A stretch of DNA of 63,907 bases, filler included, from Craspedostauros australis (Eukaryota): NCBI GenBank assembly GCA_030167865.1. It is 14 parts of 14 records of this genome, joined end to end, with 100 filler letters (N's around TTAATTAATTAA, not from the genome) between each part and the next. Parts side by side here need not be neighbours in the genome. Positions count along the whole stretch, not along the records: positions 34,365 to 45,981 come from JALAGF010002615.1; positions 46,082 to 49,442 come from JALAGF010002616.1; 12 more parts are not named here. One strand, written 5' to 3'. Below, piece after piece: positions 35,991 to 48,314 of this stretch. The notes under the pieces were generated by a model. It saw only the letters and a program-made list of their open reading frames with translations. It ran no database searches and had not been told where the DNA came from. A program made the position numbers and the translations under genes. How positions within the stretch are numbered: the stretch's first letter is position 1; each line of letters opens with the position of its first letter.

Positions 35991-37829
35991 TCACTGGAAT
36001 GAAGTTGACCAATCGATGTCCCCAGAGTCGCCCTCATCTATTTTCTGTCCGTACAGTTTCTCGAGAGTCGCCTCATCATCATCATCGTCATCACCGTCAT
36101 CATCGTCGTCGTCGTCAAGATTTGTGGCAGCACTGCCCTGCAAGGATTCTTTCAGTTCCTTCAAAATAAATCGCCCAACGGGCAAGGGCTCTAGTCCGTA
36201 GCCGAACAAGACAGTGCCTTTCACGAAAAGCCTTTGGTCGCTCAGGTTGGCTGATTGAACCGCCTGCTCCGAGAAGACGTCGTTCGTACCGCTGTTGGTG
36301 CTTTCATCGCGATGTCCTGCGTCAGCAGCAGCTGCGGCATCTTCGCCCTCGGTGTCGTCACCACCGTCATCTTCGTAGGATATCGATCCCCAGTAGCACT
36401 TTTCGTCATCCTTTGATGCTGCTTTCCCTTCGCTGTACACAGAACCCGAGACCGAACGTCCGAAGCCAAAGTACCAGACCTGCATCCACAGCTGATCTCT
36501 CTGCTTTCCAATCACATCGTACCTGCCACGCAAGATCGCGGCAGAACCAAGCCCGGCCTCTGTGGCGAATGTGTTGTTGGCAAAGAACTTGACCTGCACG
36601 ACCCGGATGGCTGCCGTTGGTTGCTCATCCTCCTTGCTGTTTGGTCCACCTGCCGCATTCTTTCCCGCACGTGAGTTTCGCGGTGGATCTTCCACGAATT
36701 TGTTGTACTTGATGGACCATCGAACTTGACCCTTCGGCTTGTACTCCGGCAACGGATGTGCCGTCAGCAGGAACGTCTTGTTGTGGAACTGCGAAACCTT
36801 GAACTTCTCAATTTGCTCATCGTCGTCATCATCGCCGTAGCGAGAAGATGATGACGAGGATGATGATTTGGTGTTCAGAACCCCCAACACCTGCTTGAGC
36901 TGGAAGCTGCCTTTCTTCGTTGGTTGGAACATCGGCTGTTCGAAGAATGATGGGTGCTTTCTGGGGTACATGAACTTGCCGACATTGACCTTGCCTTTGG
37001 GTACCGAGAGATGCGTATCCGATGCAGCAGTGCTCGGTTTTCTGCTTGCATCCTGCAATTGGTGTCCATCGGTGTCAGGGTTGTCATCATCCTGGTCACT
37101 ATCTGTCAGAGAGTCGCTCGTTGTGGCGACCACCTCTCCAACCAGCACCGTGTCTTCTTTTGAAAGCGAAGTCTTGCTGCGATCCGTGGCCAAAATGAGC
37201 TTGCCGTCGACGTAACCCCATTGGCCCTCAATCGTTTTGGTGGTGCCGTCCCAATTCGTCCCCGCGATGCCTTCGTTCTTCTCCACCACATCTTTGTGAA
37301 ATAGCAGCTTGTCCGGAATGACAGAGCCATCCTCATTCCCCTTGCTCTTTGTGTCGTAATCCTTCGCGCCGCTTCCGCTGTGAACGTCGACGTCATTTTC
37401 GCTGTTGCTGTCCAGTTCCTCACCAGCCATCATCTGGCGAAAAGAACCATCCTCTTGCAGCATGAGAAGCATCTCCTTGCCGGCATCCGATGGAGACGAT
37501 GGTAGCTGGGACTGGTCGAGTGATTTGCGCAATTCCTGCACATGCTCGATGATTTTTTCGTGCCTCTGCGGCTCACTCTTTGGTTTGGGGTAGACCGTAA
37601 ACTCCTTGAGCGGGTACAGAGACTGCTTGGGTGACAAACTGACCCGTTGCGTGGAGTCCATGTGCGTCAGCTTCCATAGTCCTGCCAATGCCCGATGGTT
37701 TACCTGCGGCGTGTACGCGTAGCAGCCAAAAGGTAGGACTGCCATCACCACCAGCAGCACTGGAAGGTGCGAGACGATCATACCGAAGTGTTTTGTGGTC
37801 GTGGTGGCAGTCGTTGGAACTGTTCTCAT
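35991..37829 (-). CDS. hypothetical protein with signal peptide, possibly plastid-targeted
   Basis: Over 600-aa ORF; likely start 37829 or 37781 (MIVSHLPVLLVVMAVLPFGCYA-YTP: signal peptide followed by an aromatic residue, ASAFAP-like). Confidence 0.7.
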   Translation of the reverse strand: MRTVPTTATTTTKHFGMIVSHLPVLLVVMAVLPFGCYAYTPQVNHRALAGLWKLTHMDSTQRVSLSPKQSLYPLKEFTVYPKPKSEPQRHEKIIEHVQELRKSLDQSQLPSSPSDAGKEMLLMLQEDGSFRQMMAGEELDSNSENDVDVHSGSGAKDYDTKSKGNEDGSVIPDKLLFHKDVVEKNEGIAGTNWDGTTKTIEGQWGYVDGKLILATDRSKTSLSKEDTVLVGEVVATTSDSLTDSDQDDDNPDTDGHQLQDASRKPSTAASDTHLSVPKGKVNVGKFMYPRKHPSFFEQPMFQPTKKGSFQLKQVLGVLNTKSSSSSSSSRYGDDDDDEQIEKFKVSQFHNKTFLLTAHPLPEYKPKGQVRWSIKYNKFVEDPPRNSRAGKNAAGGPNSKEDEQPTAAIRVVQVKFFANNTFATEAGLGSAAILRGRYDVIGKQRDQLWMQVWYFGFGRSVSGSVYSEGKAASKDDEKCYWGSISYEDDGGDDTEGEDAAAAADAGHRDESTNSGTNDVFSEQAVQSANLSDQRLFVKGTVLFGYGLEPLPVGRFILKELKESLQGSAATNLDDDDDDDGDDDDDDEATLEKLYGQKIDEGDSGDIDWSTSFQ

Positions 37830-39025
37830 GCTCGAGTCGCAATGAGCTTGGATCGTGGTAGCTGATGGGTTGTTGGTCTGTCTGACGCCAAGTCTTGCAC
37901 TGTCACAGTATTGGTACGGTATGTCTCTGGGTGTTGTGAACGGCAGTGGATGGGATGGGATGGGATGACATGGGATGACATGGAACGAAAAGAGGCGGAG
38001 CGAAAGAAACAGGGAAATGAGATGACATGACATCAAACATTGTGACACAAGCATCACGCTCCATGAAGCACGGAGCGCAATGAGAGTAGGTAAGTGGGTG
38101 ATCATTGACCTCATGACCATCAACAAGCATCCTGAAATTCTGGCAATTGGTGCGACGTCGGCAACATGCGACATCACGCGCTGACGCCACAGGCCAATGT
38201 CGCACGTACCATACACTGCACACTATTACTCGGATGCAATGATGCTCTCTGCCAAGTTCATCACACTCCCTCTCTATCTCACCTTGTTGAATGGATTGGG
38301 TGGTACAGCTCGTACGTACTCGTGCAGGGATCCTGAAAGTTTGAGACAAATGACACCCCAGCAGCTGAGTGTGACAGGTGAGTGACTGATGTCTGCAGCA
38401 GTTGGTGTTGAATTGTACGAGTATACACCGTGCTCTGCTCTGCTCACCAACCCACTCATTGTGGCCTCCGGGGCTTGGCCGAGCACCACCTCATTTGCTG
38501 TGGCATCTCTGCGACGCGAGATCGTCCTCAGGAGATGGGTGATGTCGACGCCATCAGAAGAACATCTCGTCGGAACAGAGAACAGAACTTCGTCGAAATG
38601 TTCTTTGAGAAAGATACCCAGTCACGTTCGAAGCGGGAATGATCTTTCGGATCCAAGTTGTCAAGTGAGACAGACCTAATTCTTCAGAAAGTCTCCATCA
38701 ACAAGAGATCACATGCCTCGTAGGAATCTCTACTCTGCTCCGTCTGCACCTCTCTCCAAACACCTGTACAAGTCCTCTATCGAACAAAAGTCGTATACTC
38801 TCCATGAATTAGGGATGCCGCAGCTGGCCGTGGAATACAACAGAGTAGAGAGTGCAGTAGATTGCATTCCATTCACATCAAAGTTTCTATTCTATTTGGG
38901 AAGCGATTCGTGAAGGTGTTCCGCCGTCGTGGATGTCTCTCCAGAGTCTACCAATACAAGTGGTAGATCATGGCTCCATGCCGATTGCCTCAGTTTTCTC
39001 AGAACCGAAGCCATCATCATCGCCA

Positions 39026-40675
39026 TTACGGATTCGACTTCCGGATCAGCGTCTTCTGCTTTCGCTTCTTGCAACGCGCGAAGTAGACGCCGTCTTCTTC
39101 TTCGACATCTCTTGATGAGCAATCTGCACCGGTCACACGCTCCACCTTTCTCTGCCTCTCTCCAACCTGCTCGTCGGTCAATTCTTCGTACCGTTCGTCA
39201 CAATCATTCAATAGCACCGACCCATCCGCCCTGGCTCGCAGGAAGCACACGGACTCATCCTGATCGATGTCGAAGTTCTGCTTCAGGATCTGCGGAAAGA
39301 TCGCGTTCGCCAGGTACCGTTCGGCATGCAGAATCCAGCCCTTCTGCTTGCGCGGTGGATTCCTGGCGTAGTCTGCGACGGACGCGAATCGTCGTGTTGC
39401 CCACGTCTTGACACCGTCGTGAGGGCCGTAAATCATGCGATCGTTGACCGGGAACGGAGCGAATGCTGGGATGGTGAGCACGTTGACATCCCCTGTTGCC
39501 GAGGTAGCATCGCCGTCATCGTAGATGTCGATTGCAGTGGTGTACACAACATCGTTGCGCAGCATGGCGACTCTGGAATACGCCTTGTCGTGCTGCTTGC
39601 CGCTGGTCTCCATCAACTCCCACACGCGTTCGATGGAATGCCATTGCATGATGACGTTCACCAGTGTGTTTGGGTGGCTCCATGATGGAGCCTTGTATGG
39701 AAAGTACACATACTTGCCATCTTTGTCTTTCGTGTTGAGGTAGGTATCGAGTTGTTCTGCTCTTGCTTTCTGGAATGTTTCCTTTGTGTCCGAGAGGAAA
39801 TGGACATCGGGATACGAATAGGATGGCGCAGCGGGAGGCGAGAACATGGACGAAAGCCACGAGAATACCGTCGTTGCCTTTGTTGCTGCTGTCTTTTCGT
39901 CTTGAGGTGGTGAATTTGTAGCCTGGACATCTTCTCGGTACGCCTTCTGCACTTCGTCCTTCAATCGAAAGACGGCAGATGTATCAATCTTTCCACCCAA
40001 AGAGAAGCGGCCGCGCTTCTCGAATGGCATATCATAGTAGTGGAAGTAGACATCGCAATGATACTGCGCGTTTGGTTTGAGTACGTTTTCGATGATGGAC
40101 GGCAGGACCAATGTATCGAAGCTGCGTGGAAGACCGAAGAAGTTGAGGGCACAAGTGGAATTTGTCTCTTGTCGATAATCGTGACGCTGTTGTTGTTGCT
40201 GCTGCTGCTGTATTGGTTGCGAATGGTCATGGTCATTGTCCGTGTTGGGGGCGTTTGCGGCTGTGATAGTCTTGACTTGCTGCATGATCGCCGTTGTCGA
40301 AACATGCGGCGGCGATAATTCTGTCTCCATCTCCTTCTTTGATTGTGATGACAATGGTGATGACAATGGTGACATTGGCATTGTGGAGAGACTTCTTGAG
40401 ACTGTCGGAAACATGGCCGTCAGTCGATCGCCTTGAAACCCGAAGTACAGACAGCAGTGGCAGAGGAGGCTCGCCACGCCCCAAGCAATGACCGAGCATC
40501 GGTAAATCCGCAGGCATCGCGAGCTGGTGCTTGGAGCGTTTCCCGGTCTTTGTTGTTGCTGCTGCTGCTTTTGTTGCTGCTGCGCGAGATTCGAGTGCTC
40601 CCGACCGTCGCCATGCGGCAGGCGAGGTTCGGGAATCGTCGCCCGTTTCCTCATCTTGCTGTGGTTCTCAAACAT
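39026..40675 (-). CDS. type II membrane protein, putative glycosyltransferase-like
   Basis: N-terminal TM, low-complexity stem, then CALNFFGLPRSF...DVYFHYY...YSRVAMLRNDVVY...VNDRMIYG...HAERYL globular domain. Function inferred from topology only. Confidence 0.7.
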   Translation of the reverse strand: MFENHSKMRKRATIPEPRLPHGDGREHSNLAQQQQKQQQQQQRPGNAPSTSSRCLRIYRCSVIAWGVASLLCHCCLYFGFQGDRLTAMFPTVSRSLSTMPMSPLSSPLSSQSKKEMETELSPPHVSTTAIMQQVKTITAANAPNTDNDHDHSQPIQQQQQQQQRHDYRQETNSTCALNFFGLPRSFDTLVLPSIIENVLKPNAQYHCDVYFHYYDMPFEKRGRFSLGGKIDTSAVFRLKDEVQKAYREDVQATNSPPQDEKTAATKATTVFSWLSSMFSPPAAPSYSYPDVHFLSDTKETFQKARAEQLDTYLNTKDKDGKYVYFPYKAPSWSHPNTLVNVIMQWHSIERVWELMETSGKQHDKAYSRVAMLRNDVVYTTAIDIYDDGDATSATGDVNVLTIPAFAPFPVNDRMIYGPHDGVKTWATRRFASVADYARNPPRKQKGWILHAERYLANAIFPQILKQNFDIDQDESVCFLRARADGSVLLNDCDERYEELTDEQVGERQRKVERVTGADCSSRDVEEEDGVYFARCKKRKQKTLIRKSNP

Positions 40676-41414
40676 GATGGCGGCGTTGCAGGAAGACGTT
40701 GCTGCGACTGTGGCTGCGATTGTGTCGGAGGAGAGTACAATGAGTGACGTTGGTGAGGGTGTATGTGTGGAGGTAGATGCCTGCAATGGAGATGCGAGTA
40801 CTCATAGCAGAAGAGACGACGGGAGTGTCGACTTGCTGATCAAACGACAATCATTGAACAGTGTCGCATTGGTCGTCATCGCATTGCGCTTGCCTTGGTT
40901 GTGATGTGTTGCGCTGTGACAGGACAGGACGCGACATCGCACAGCTTTTCATTCGCTTGATGCGTTGTGATTTTGTGAGCTGCGCGTTGTGCAACAAATT
41001 TGACCGTTGCCTAACCGTATTCCGTCTGAAATAACGTCTCGCGCGCTCGCCTGCCAACTTCGTAGGAGTGAGCACTCCAGTCAACTTAGTCGACTTGAAG
41101 AAGTGACTCAGTCGATCGCAGAGTGTGAGAAGATTCCATCAGGATTCACACCACCACAAATGCGCAAAAGTGTGAGAGCATTTTGCTCGGAGAAAAATGA
41201 GGAGGAACGAAAGGTCGTGCGTGGCTGCCTCCAACAACATCATGGTGAATGACGACAACTGTGCCAAAGGAACCATTGACATCCGGGAAAGCACTTGACG
41301 GCATTACCCTCCAGAGAGAGAGAGAGAGAGAGAGAGAGAAGGAAGGAGACGATTACGATCACTTTTGTGGGTACTACAATACCATACAGTCCATTACGAC
41401 AGTTCACGTTCACG

Positions 41415-42323
41415 ATGCAACCACTTGAGTACAGCGGCGTGGATACGTTCGATGACGAGGATGGTGGTGGTGGTAGCAGAAGCAGGCGGACACGGTACGC
41501 CTACCCAAAGAATAGCGGCGTGAACGCCACGCCTCTTCTGATCTTCGCCATGTTCGCCATGGTGGCCACGCTCGTCGTGTACTCTCAGTACGGCAGAGCA
41601 TCCTCGCATGGTGACGATTCTCTGGATACGTCGCTCGCTGACATTGGCGCGGAGACCGGCGACCACATGATCGGCAGCGACAGCGCCAGCGTCGACTTCA
41701 CAGACAGCGAGGACACTTCGTACAGCCAGGATGACGGCGATGCGCCGCTGCCGGAGGACACATGGGACAGCAGCGCCAAGGGCAGCCGCAATTCGAGCAC
41801 GGGGCTGATTCCAACCTGCGACGAGATCGACTGCGAGACGCACTTCCTCTCCAACGGCGTCCCCATGTACCCCGGCCATGCACTTTGCAACCAGAACCAC
41901 CGCTTCGGCCTCACGCGCGATGGATCCCTCATGTGGCACGACTGCGATACCCTCGACGTCAGCGGCGTCATGTACAATCGAACGCAGCACATGCTGCAGC
42001 ATCCGCAGCTCGCGGCGAAGATGGCGAAATACCCGCGCGATCTCATGTACTGGATCTTGCATCCCAACGCCACGCTCGAGGTCGGGCAGTATCATTCCGA
42101 ATCGCGTACCAAATCCACGGTCCTTTGGCAACGTGATACGACGCGCGAAGGCATGCACTTCACGAAGGCATGTCTGCGGCAGCCGGTCAAGGTGGATTGT
42201 CCGTACTTTCGTCTGCGGTCTCGTGGGGAGCTAGTGATGAATTGGCAGGATGCCGACAGCGGGAAGTGGATGGATCGTCAGATCGAAAGGTGTTATTCGG
42301 ATCTGTTCGTACCACCCGAATAG
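41415..42323 (+). CDS. type II membrane protein with bulb-type-lectin-like C-terminal domain (paralog A)
   Basis: TM helix, acidic stem, PMYPGHALC..HRFGLTRDGSLMW...LWQ...LRSRGELVM. Confidence 0.75.
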   Translation: MQPLEYSGVDTFDDEDGGGGSRSRRTRYAYPKNSGVNATPLLIFAMFAMVATLVVYSQYGRASSHGDDSLDTSLADIGAETGDHMIGSDSASVDFTDSEDTSYSQDDGDAPLPEDTWDSSAKGSRNSSTGLIPTCDEIDCETHFLSNGVPMYPGHALCNQNHRFGLTRDGSLMWHDCDTLDVSGVMYNRTQHMLQHPQLAAKMAKYPRDLMYWILHPNATLEVGQYHSESRTKSTVLWQRDTTREGMHFTKACLRQPVKVDCPYFRLRSRGELVMNWQDADSGKWMDRQIERCYSDLFVPPE

Positions 42324-42952
42324 GAGTGTTAATCCTTAATACTCTGCTGGTTAAAGTCTAAACTGGACCGCAGCACCATACGCAATCTCGTAGGTTCGTT
42401 CCACCAGCATGCGAAGAAGGGTCGATCCAACCTCTCTCCAGAGAGCATGAATATGAACAGCTGCAGATCCTCCCGCGTTGTGATTAGAAGGATTGTTCGT
42501 TCCTGTCTGCATTCCATCCACTTTCTCCCACACATCCATGTCAACTATGTGATGAGGCACAGAGACGGAAATAACAGATAATTGTGATTTTCACTCACCT
42601 CCTAAGTGAGACATATAGACGTTAAACGTTGATACCATTTCGCCAAAGCCACGACACAAATAGCCAACGAAGAACAACAAGGAAGACCAATGATGGCGGG
42701 AGCGACCACGGAAAAAGATGCGGATGTCACAACAACAACGACAACGACAACAACAACAGAAGGAATTGCAGAGCAGGGCGGTAACACCATTGCGGTTACC
42801 TGCACTGAATGAGACAGACCAAAGACCAAAGACAGCACCATCGTCCACTGGAGGGGAAAGATCAATGTACTATACCATAACCAACCAACCAATCAGCCAA
42901 CCAATCAACTCAAAATACTCCAGAGCAGACTCTCTTCACTCCAAACGCGAAC

Positions 42953-43798
42953 ATGCAGCCAACCGCACCAAGCAACTCCATGCCAACTCTGGCGATCGAC
43001 ACGAGTCTTGCGCATGCAAATGCGTACGAATTCGAGGATCAACGACGCCTCAAGACGATGTTCAAGCTGATCTGCGTCACCGTGCTGGTCGGCCTCATCG
43101 TGGCGATGACTGTCATTCGAGGCGGTGACAACGACGCTGCGAAGATGGCTGCAATGAGGGGCGGCGAAGATGCGGATCTTGCAGGCATAGCCGCGGGCGA
43201 TCCTGATATCGACCGGTCGCCGTCCCGATCCATGTGGGGGCACTACTTGGACGACTTCAAGGCCAACCCGAGTGCCTTCGAGGCGCTGCCATCGTGCGAT
43301 GTTTACACGTGCCTCGATGAACGCCACTCTAACAGCGCGCCGATGTTTCCCGGACAGGCGGTGTGCAAAGGAGATCATCGCCTCGCGTTGACACCGCAAG
43401 GCACCTTCCTGTGGTACAACTGCAACACGAAGTACGTCAACAGCGTGCTGTACAATCTCACAGACAGCATGCTCAAAGATAATGGTCTGGCAAAGACGAT
43501 GAGGCGGAAATCCATGGACATGTTGTATTGGGAGCTGCTTCCCAACGCCACGATCCAGGTTGGACAGTACTCGTCCAAATCAAAGAACAGCGATGCCGCC
43601 ATTTTGTGGCAGCGCGACACAACGCGCAAGGAGATGCACTTCTCGAAGCGGTGTCTCAGCAACCCAACGATGGATTGCCCGTATTACCATCTGCGCAAAA
43701 GCGGCGCCATCGTCGTGAACTGGATCCACGGTGACTCTGGCAAATGGATGGCCCGGACCATCGACAGATGCTACGATGGCATGCCGCCTTCTCCATGA
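42953..43798 (+). CDS. type II membrane protein with bulb-type-lectin-like domain (paralog B)
   Basis: Aligns with paralog A (PMFPGQAVC, YWELLPNATIQVGQY, LWQRDTTR, DCPY, SGKWM.R.I.RCY). Confidence 0.75.
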   Translation: MQPTAPSNSMPTLAIDTSLAHANAYEFEDQRRLKTMFKLICVTVLVGLIVAMTVIRGGDNDAAKMAAMRGGEDADLAGIAAGDPDIDRSPSRSMWGHYLDDFKANPSAFEALPSCDVYTCLDERHSNSAPMFPGQAVCKGDHRLALTPQGTFLWYNCNTKYVNSVLYNLTDSMLKDNGLAKTMRRKSMDMLYWELLPNATIQVGQYSSKSKNSDAAILWQRDTTRKEMHFSKRCLSNPTMDCPYYHLRKSGAIVVNWIHGDSGKWMARTIDRCYDGMPPSP

Positions 43799-46081
43799 TG
43801 AGCTGAATTGAGCTGTGGAGATCCATCTGCTCCTCGATGCTCTGATCTACCTTTGCCCGCCATCGTTCGAATGTGGTGTGCCTGCGCTGTCACAAAAGAC
43901 ACTCGATAATGAGAAAGCGTTGCGGCAGCGTCGTGGAGCATGAAGCAAGATCAAATAAAGAGTGCGCGTGCATGCAGGAAGAGCATCAAGATTCGGCGAA
44001 CATACCGATTGGAGCACTACGATTTTGAGATAACATTGAAGACTGGAATTGTACCTGTCTTCGAGTGGTGTGCTGCTGCACCACACTCGCTAGATTGACT
44101 CGTGTTTAGATGATACCGGGAGTATCGGTAATGCTCCTCGTGCTGGAGGGCCAACACTCTACTACGACTATACAATCAGTGCTATCGGTTTGCCAAGCGA
44201 GTGTGGTGCATAGGTGTTGTATAGTGCAGAGTACGAGAAGTATGGTATTGTCATAACATGGCCATGGTATTGCATGAACAAGGATGTTGCACCTGATGGC
44301 ATCAGCAGATGACACACGAAGATCTCTCTGGCGCTTCCGTGATGAGTGCGAGTTCTGGTACCGTTCCTTTGCCTGACGTTGTTGCGAATGTTGGATCTTG
44401 ATCTCTGCACCGCTGGTAATGGACAGGAGTTGTGGATCGCTGCATGATTCGTGCGAACATCTTCCTACCTGATCGGTCAAGAACTCTATCTGTGCTCTCA
44501 GGAGAGAAGAGCGCACAAGGCAGCCATGAAGGCGACATGGTGGAAACGGATGGCACAAACTGACGAAGAATGTGACATGCGGCCCCCCAAGAAACATCCC
44601 AGGCCAACATGACAACCACTCGCACACCACCAAGGCAGAGTTTGTGCTTCTGCTTCAACACATCGATTTCTGAGGAAGTGGAGCCACGGAGTGGCACGAC
44701 TGGGAGCAACCATTTGGGGGACTCGCATTCCGCGCGCAGAACATGTCCGATTGTGCTGATGTCACGAGCGTTTGCTTCTTGTGCAGGGAGGCGGTCGTGC
44801 GACCCTTCCCCTGTTGTTGGCGTCGCATCGTTGCCGCTGTCTCTCCCCCTCTCTTCGCTCTCTTTGCGCTTTTGGAGAAACGCGGCTCCCCATCCGCAGC
44901 CATCGCCAAAAGTACCCGCGCCTCCCTGGCATCTCTTTGCGAGGGTGGTGCGAATACGATCTCCTCTGCTTTGTTGCCACACACGTGCTCGCTTTCATAC
45001 ATACTTTCAACCAGAAGAGCGCATTGGGACAAGCGAAGGCTTGGATGCTGCAGGAAGCGCCAAGAACCCGTTCACATTGCGCATGAGCGTGTCTGAATGT
45101 TTCTGTTTGACCCTAAATGTATTTCGCTCAACTTGTGTCGCTGGTCTCCACCATAAATGTGGGCCCCGCCCCTTGCCTCGAAGATGTGGATTGACATGCA
45201 CAGCTCCGCCAAGGAGGACACAACCTCTGCTTGATGGCGCAATCGGCTTCTTTGGTCTCTTGATCTCGGACAACGGTCATCACGACGGGTGACCAATGGG
45301 GCCACAACACGCGTTTCGCTTTCGCTTGTGCCTTGTCAGTTGGTGCGGACTTGTGTTCGTGTTTGTGCGTTGCTGGTGGCTCTTGAGTGTGGCTCTTTGT
45401 GTTCTCGAGCGCTGCTTGGCTCCATGTTCGTCATTTTCTCTGTTCTGTGAGCGATCCAGAACCCCTTTGTTCTCTGTTTGGATTTCGCTGATTGGGTCCA
45501 TCGAGTCAAACTCAAGTGTTACCGTGAAGCCACAACACGTTCTGATTGAACAGTGGCGAGGCGGTTCTTCATCAGCCAATCAGCGTCGTGCAAACCTTGC
45601 TTTTCTCCCTCACGCGTGTCATGTGGGAGATGAATTAGCCTGCTGGTCGCCACTTCGTTTTCACATCCATCTCCAAACTTGAATGCACGACAACGCGAAG
45701 GAACCTTGTGGAAGCGAACATTGATGGATTCTCGGTTTGATCTTGTCGAGCCAGCGGGAAGTGGATGGCCCACATCACAGTGGATGGTTTCCCTCTGGTC
45801 TTGCCTGGGAGTTGAGGGAAATATGCATATATGTCATTTCTATGGAAAATACGTTGTATCACTGTTCTACCAACAAACCCCGTTCGGGTTTGGTTTCTGC
45901 TCGTCAGTCCAATGTCGAACGCATACTGTAGTCTACGAAAAGGCAGCGCAGCTGTTAACGATACGATGAAGTGATTGTGGCNNNNNNNNNNNNNNNNNNN
46001 NNNNNNNNNNNNNNNNNNNNNNNNNTTAATTAATTAANNNNNNNNNNNNNNNNNNNNNNNNNNNNNNNNNNNNNNNNNNNN

Positions 46082-48314
46082 AAGGCATGAACTGTCCGAT
46101 AGGAACCGAACCAGGCATCGCCAAGGAAGATGCTCTTTGGAAGGTGTGGTGGATGGTAGTGAAGGCTCTGCTCTCCCATTCTGCTCGTGGCCATTGCCAT
46201 GCGAAGGGTGCAGGCAACATGTTCTTGCTTCACAGTATCAAGATACTTTGCATTCTCCATCCCCTTCTTGCCTCTCTGTATCTCCAGGTGCAGCATAATA
46301 CCAGTTGCACCATCAGCCACTGACTTGAACTCGGTACCTAAGGGCTCTGGCTTGCGACTGACGAATGTCAGGTGCGGCAGGTTCCCAGTTTTCTTTGTTT
46401 GAGGTTGAAAAGTGCTCATGGATTCATCAAGTACTTTGATATGACTTGGTATGACAACTTTGGAGCGCCGGCAGTTGAATGCCTCGATGCCTGCCTGAAT
46501 CTGCCACTATGGATCCTCGCCCCTCCTTGATTCATCTGCAAATATCATTGGCATCAGAATCTTGCGAAGTTGGCAGAAGCGTCCTTTGGACATGTAGTTC
46601 GAGATGTTCGTTGTCTGCAGGAACCCCTCCTGTTGTCCCTGTCCCCACAGGTTGCAGATGTTGTGAAGCTTGCCCAAAAGCAGGATGCCAAAGAACACCC
46701 AGAACTCGCTGTCGGAGACAGTGCGAGAGATTCCGATCGAATCTCCTGCTGAATTTGCATGGATGATCTACTGGTTGAAGCAGTCCACCTGCGCTTTCCA
46801 GTCACCTGGCCACATATGTTGGATGAGACGCAACAAGTTGGCATGGCCCCTTTGGTTGCTGCTTGACTTCCGCGAATTGTCACGGAAGTTAAACCCAGTC
46901 ACTGCCACAGTCTTGCATGGCGTAGGGCTGTGAGCTTCGATGTGGTCGTCAGGAACCACAGTCCAGGCCTGAGTATCAAGGCCCTTGCCCACAACCACAT
47001 TCGTCCCCATAAGGGCAAGCTTGGCTGCCCTGTGCGGCACTGCGTCGGCCAGTCGGTCGCCTCGAAAGGAGTAGTCGAGGTGTGGTCCATCATGGACTGA
47101 CAAGGCGCTGGTGTCGTCGCCCATGGGCAAGTTGCCGCCACCATCAGCATCATTGGCTCCATCAGAGGCATCGCGGCTGCTGCGAAGATCAGCACGAAGC
47201 TCGTCGCCATCGGAGATTGCTCCTTCGACGCGAAAAGAGCGAGAGGCGGAGTCTGATCCAGCTGGAGGAACTCTTGACATCGATTCAGGGTGGCCACGAT
47301 GTGAGCGATTGGGGTGGTTTGCGGTCGATGCGTGGGCGATGGAGACGCCGGCCATCACGTTCCTGACTGCTGAGCCAATCTGGAGGTCTGCATGGGGCGC
47401 AGCGATGAATGCACGCTTCTTCTGGAAGCGTCGCAGTGCCAACATACCCTTCCCAATGCAGCGGGTGCGGATGAGGTTGGTAATCTCATCAGGAGGGGCA
47501 TGGTGGATGGGTTCGTTGCTGAGCTTCAACGTCGCAGCTTGGTGGTCACACACAACCTCGAGCGAGGTCCAGTGGATCGACCAGAAACGATCAGCGAGGG
47601 ACTTCAGGACGATGCCGCAGAGAGGGACCTTCTCACCATGAGATCTGTGGGAGGGATGGTTGAACTTGGAGAGGACGTGGGAACCAACTTTGAGAGGCAT
47701 GGTGAAGAGGAGTGTTGGTGGTGGACGAGTTGATTGTGATACTTGGAGGAGCACTGATATGGAGGAAAGTTGGTATATGTGTGGAGCAAGTGAAGGACGA
47801 AGACCAAGACTACATGGGCAGGTGCAGGAGAGGATTCTGCGTCACCTGAAAGCAACGGAACGATGATCCGACGTCAGGGTGATGCACAACCTTGCATCAA
47901 GTAGAGAGACTCAGGTGAGGAGCACAGTCCGACTCAACAACACGTAAAAACGCACGATAATTTTTGGCGCCAACTTTTGTGCGTTCACGGATCGATGATC
48001 ATGGCTGTCACGAGCATTTGTGACTAACTTCAAACACACAAAGCAACACACAAAGGCATTCCGCGCCGCTGACCAGCCCATCACCCGAAGCAGAATGAAG
48101 TGGCGAATACAGCCATGTCATTTACTTGACCAATAGACGAAACAGAATTGGATGCGGGTCTTTGGAAGGCAGTCAGTCGCTATTGGACCAAGAAGCAACA
48201 AATGTCTGTACCAGAACGTCGTAGACTCTACGCGGTTATCAATGGTTACCAACGAAAAAATTCCGAAATCACGTCCGTACGTTGTCCGTACGAAAAAGAC
48301 CGATAAAGGGTTAA
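46082..48314 (-). mobile_element. piggyBac-like DNA transposon relic: transposase pseudogene (47700 to <46082) plus one terminus
   Basis: One reading frame with two internal TAG (46768-46770, 46507-46509); motifs MSKGRF, VLDESM, RKPEPLGTEFK, FLGDAWF; terminus ...AAAGGG (48310) followed by TTAA (48311-48314). Confidence 0.9.

Noticed and set aside
44106..44633. ITDTPGII motif suggesting a dynamin/EHD GTPase
   Set aside because: No Walker A or other supporting motif in frame.
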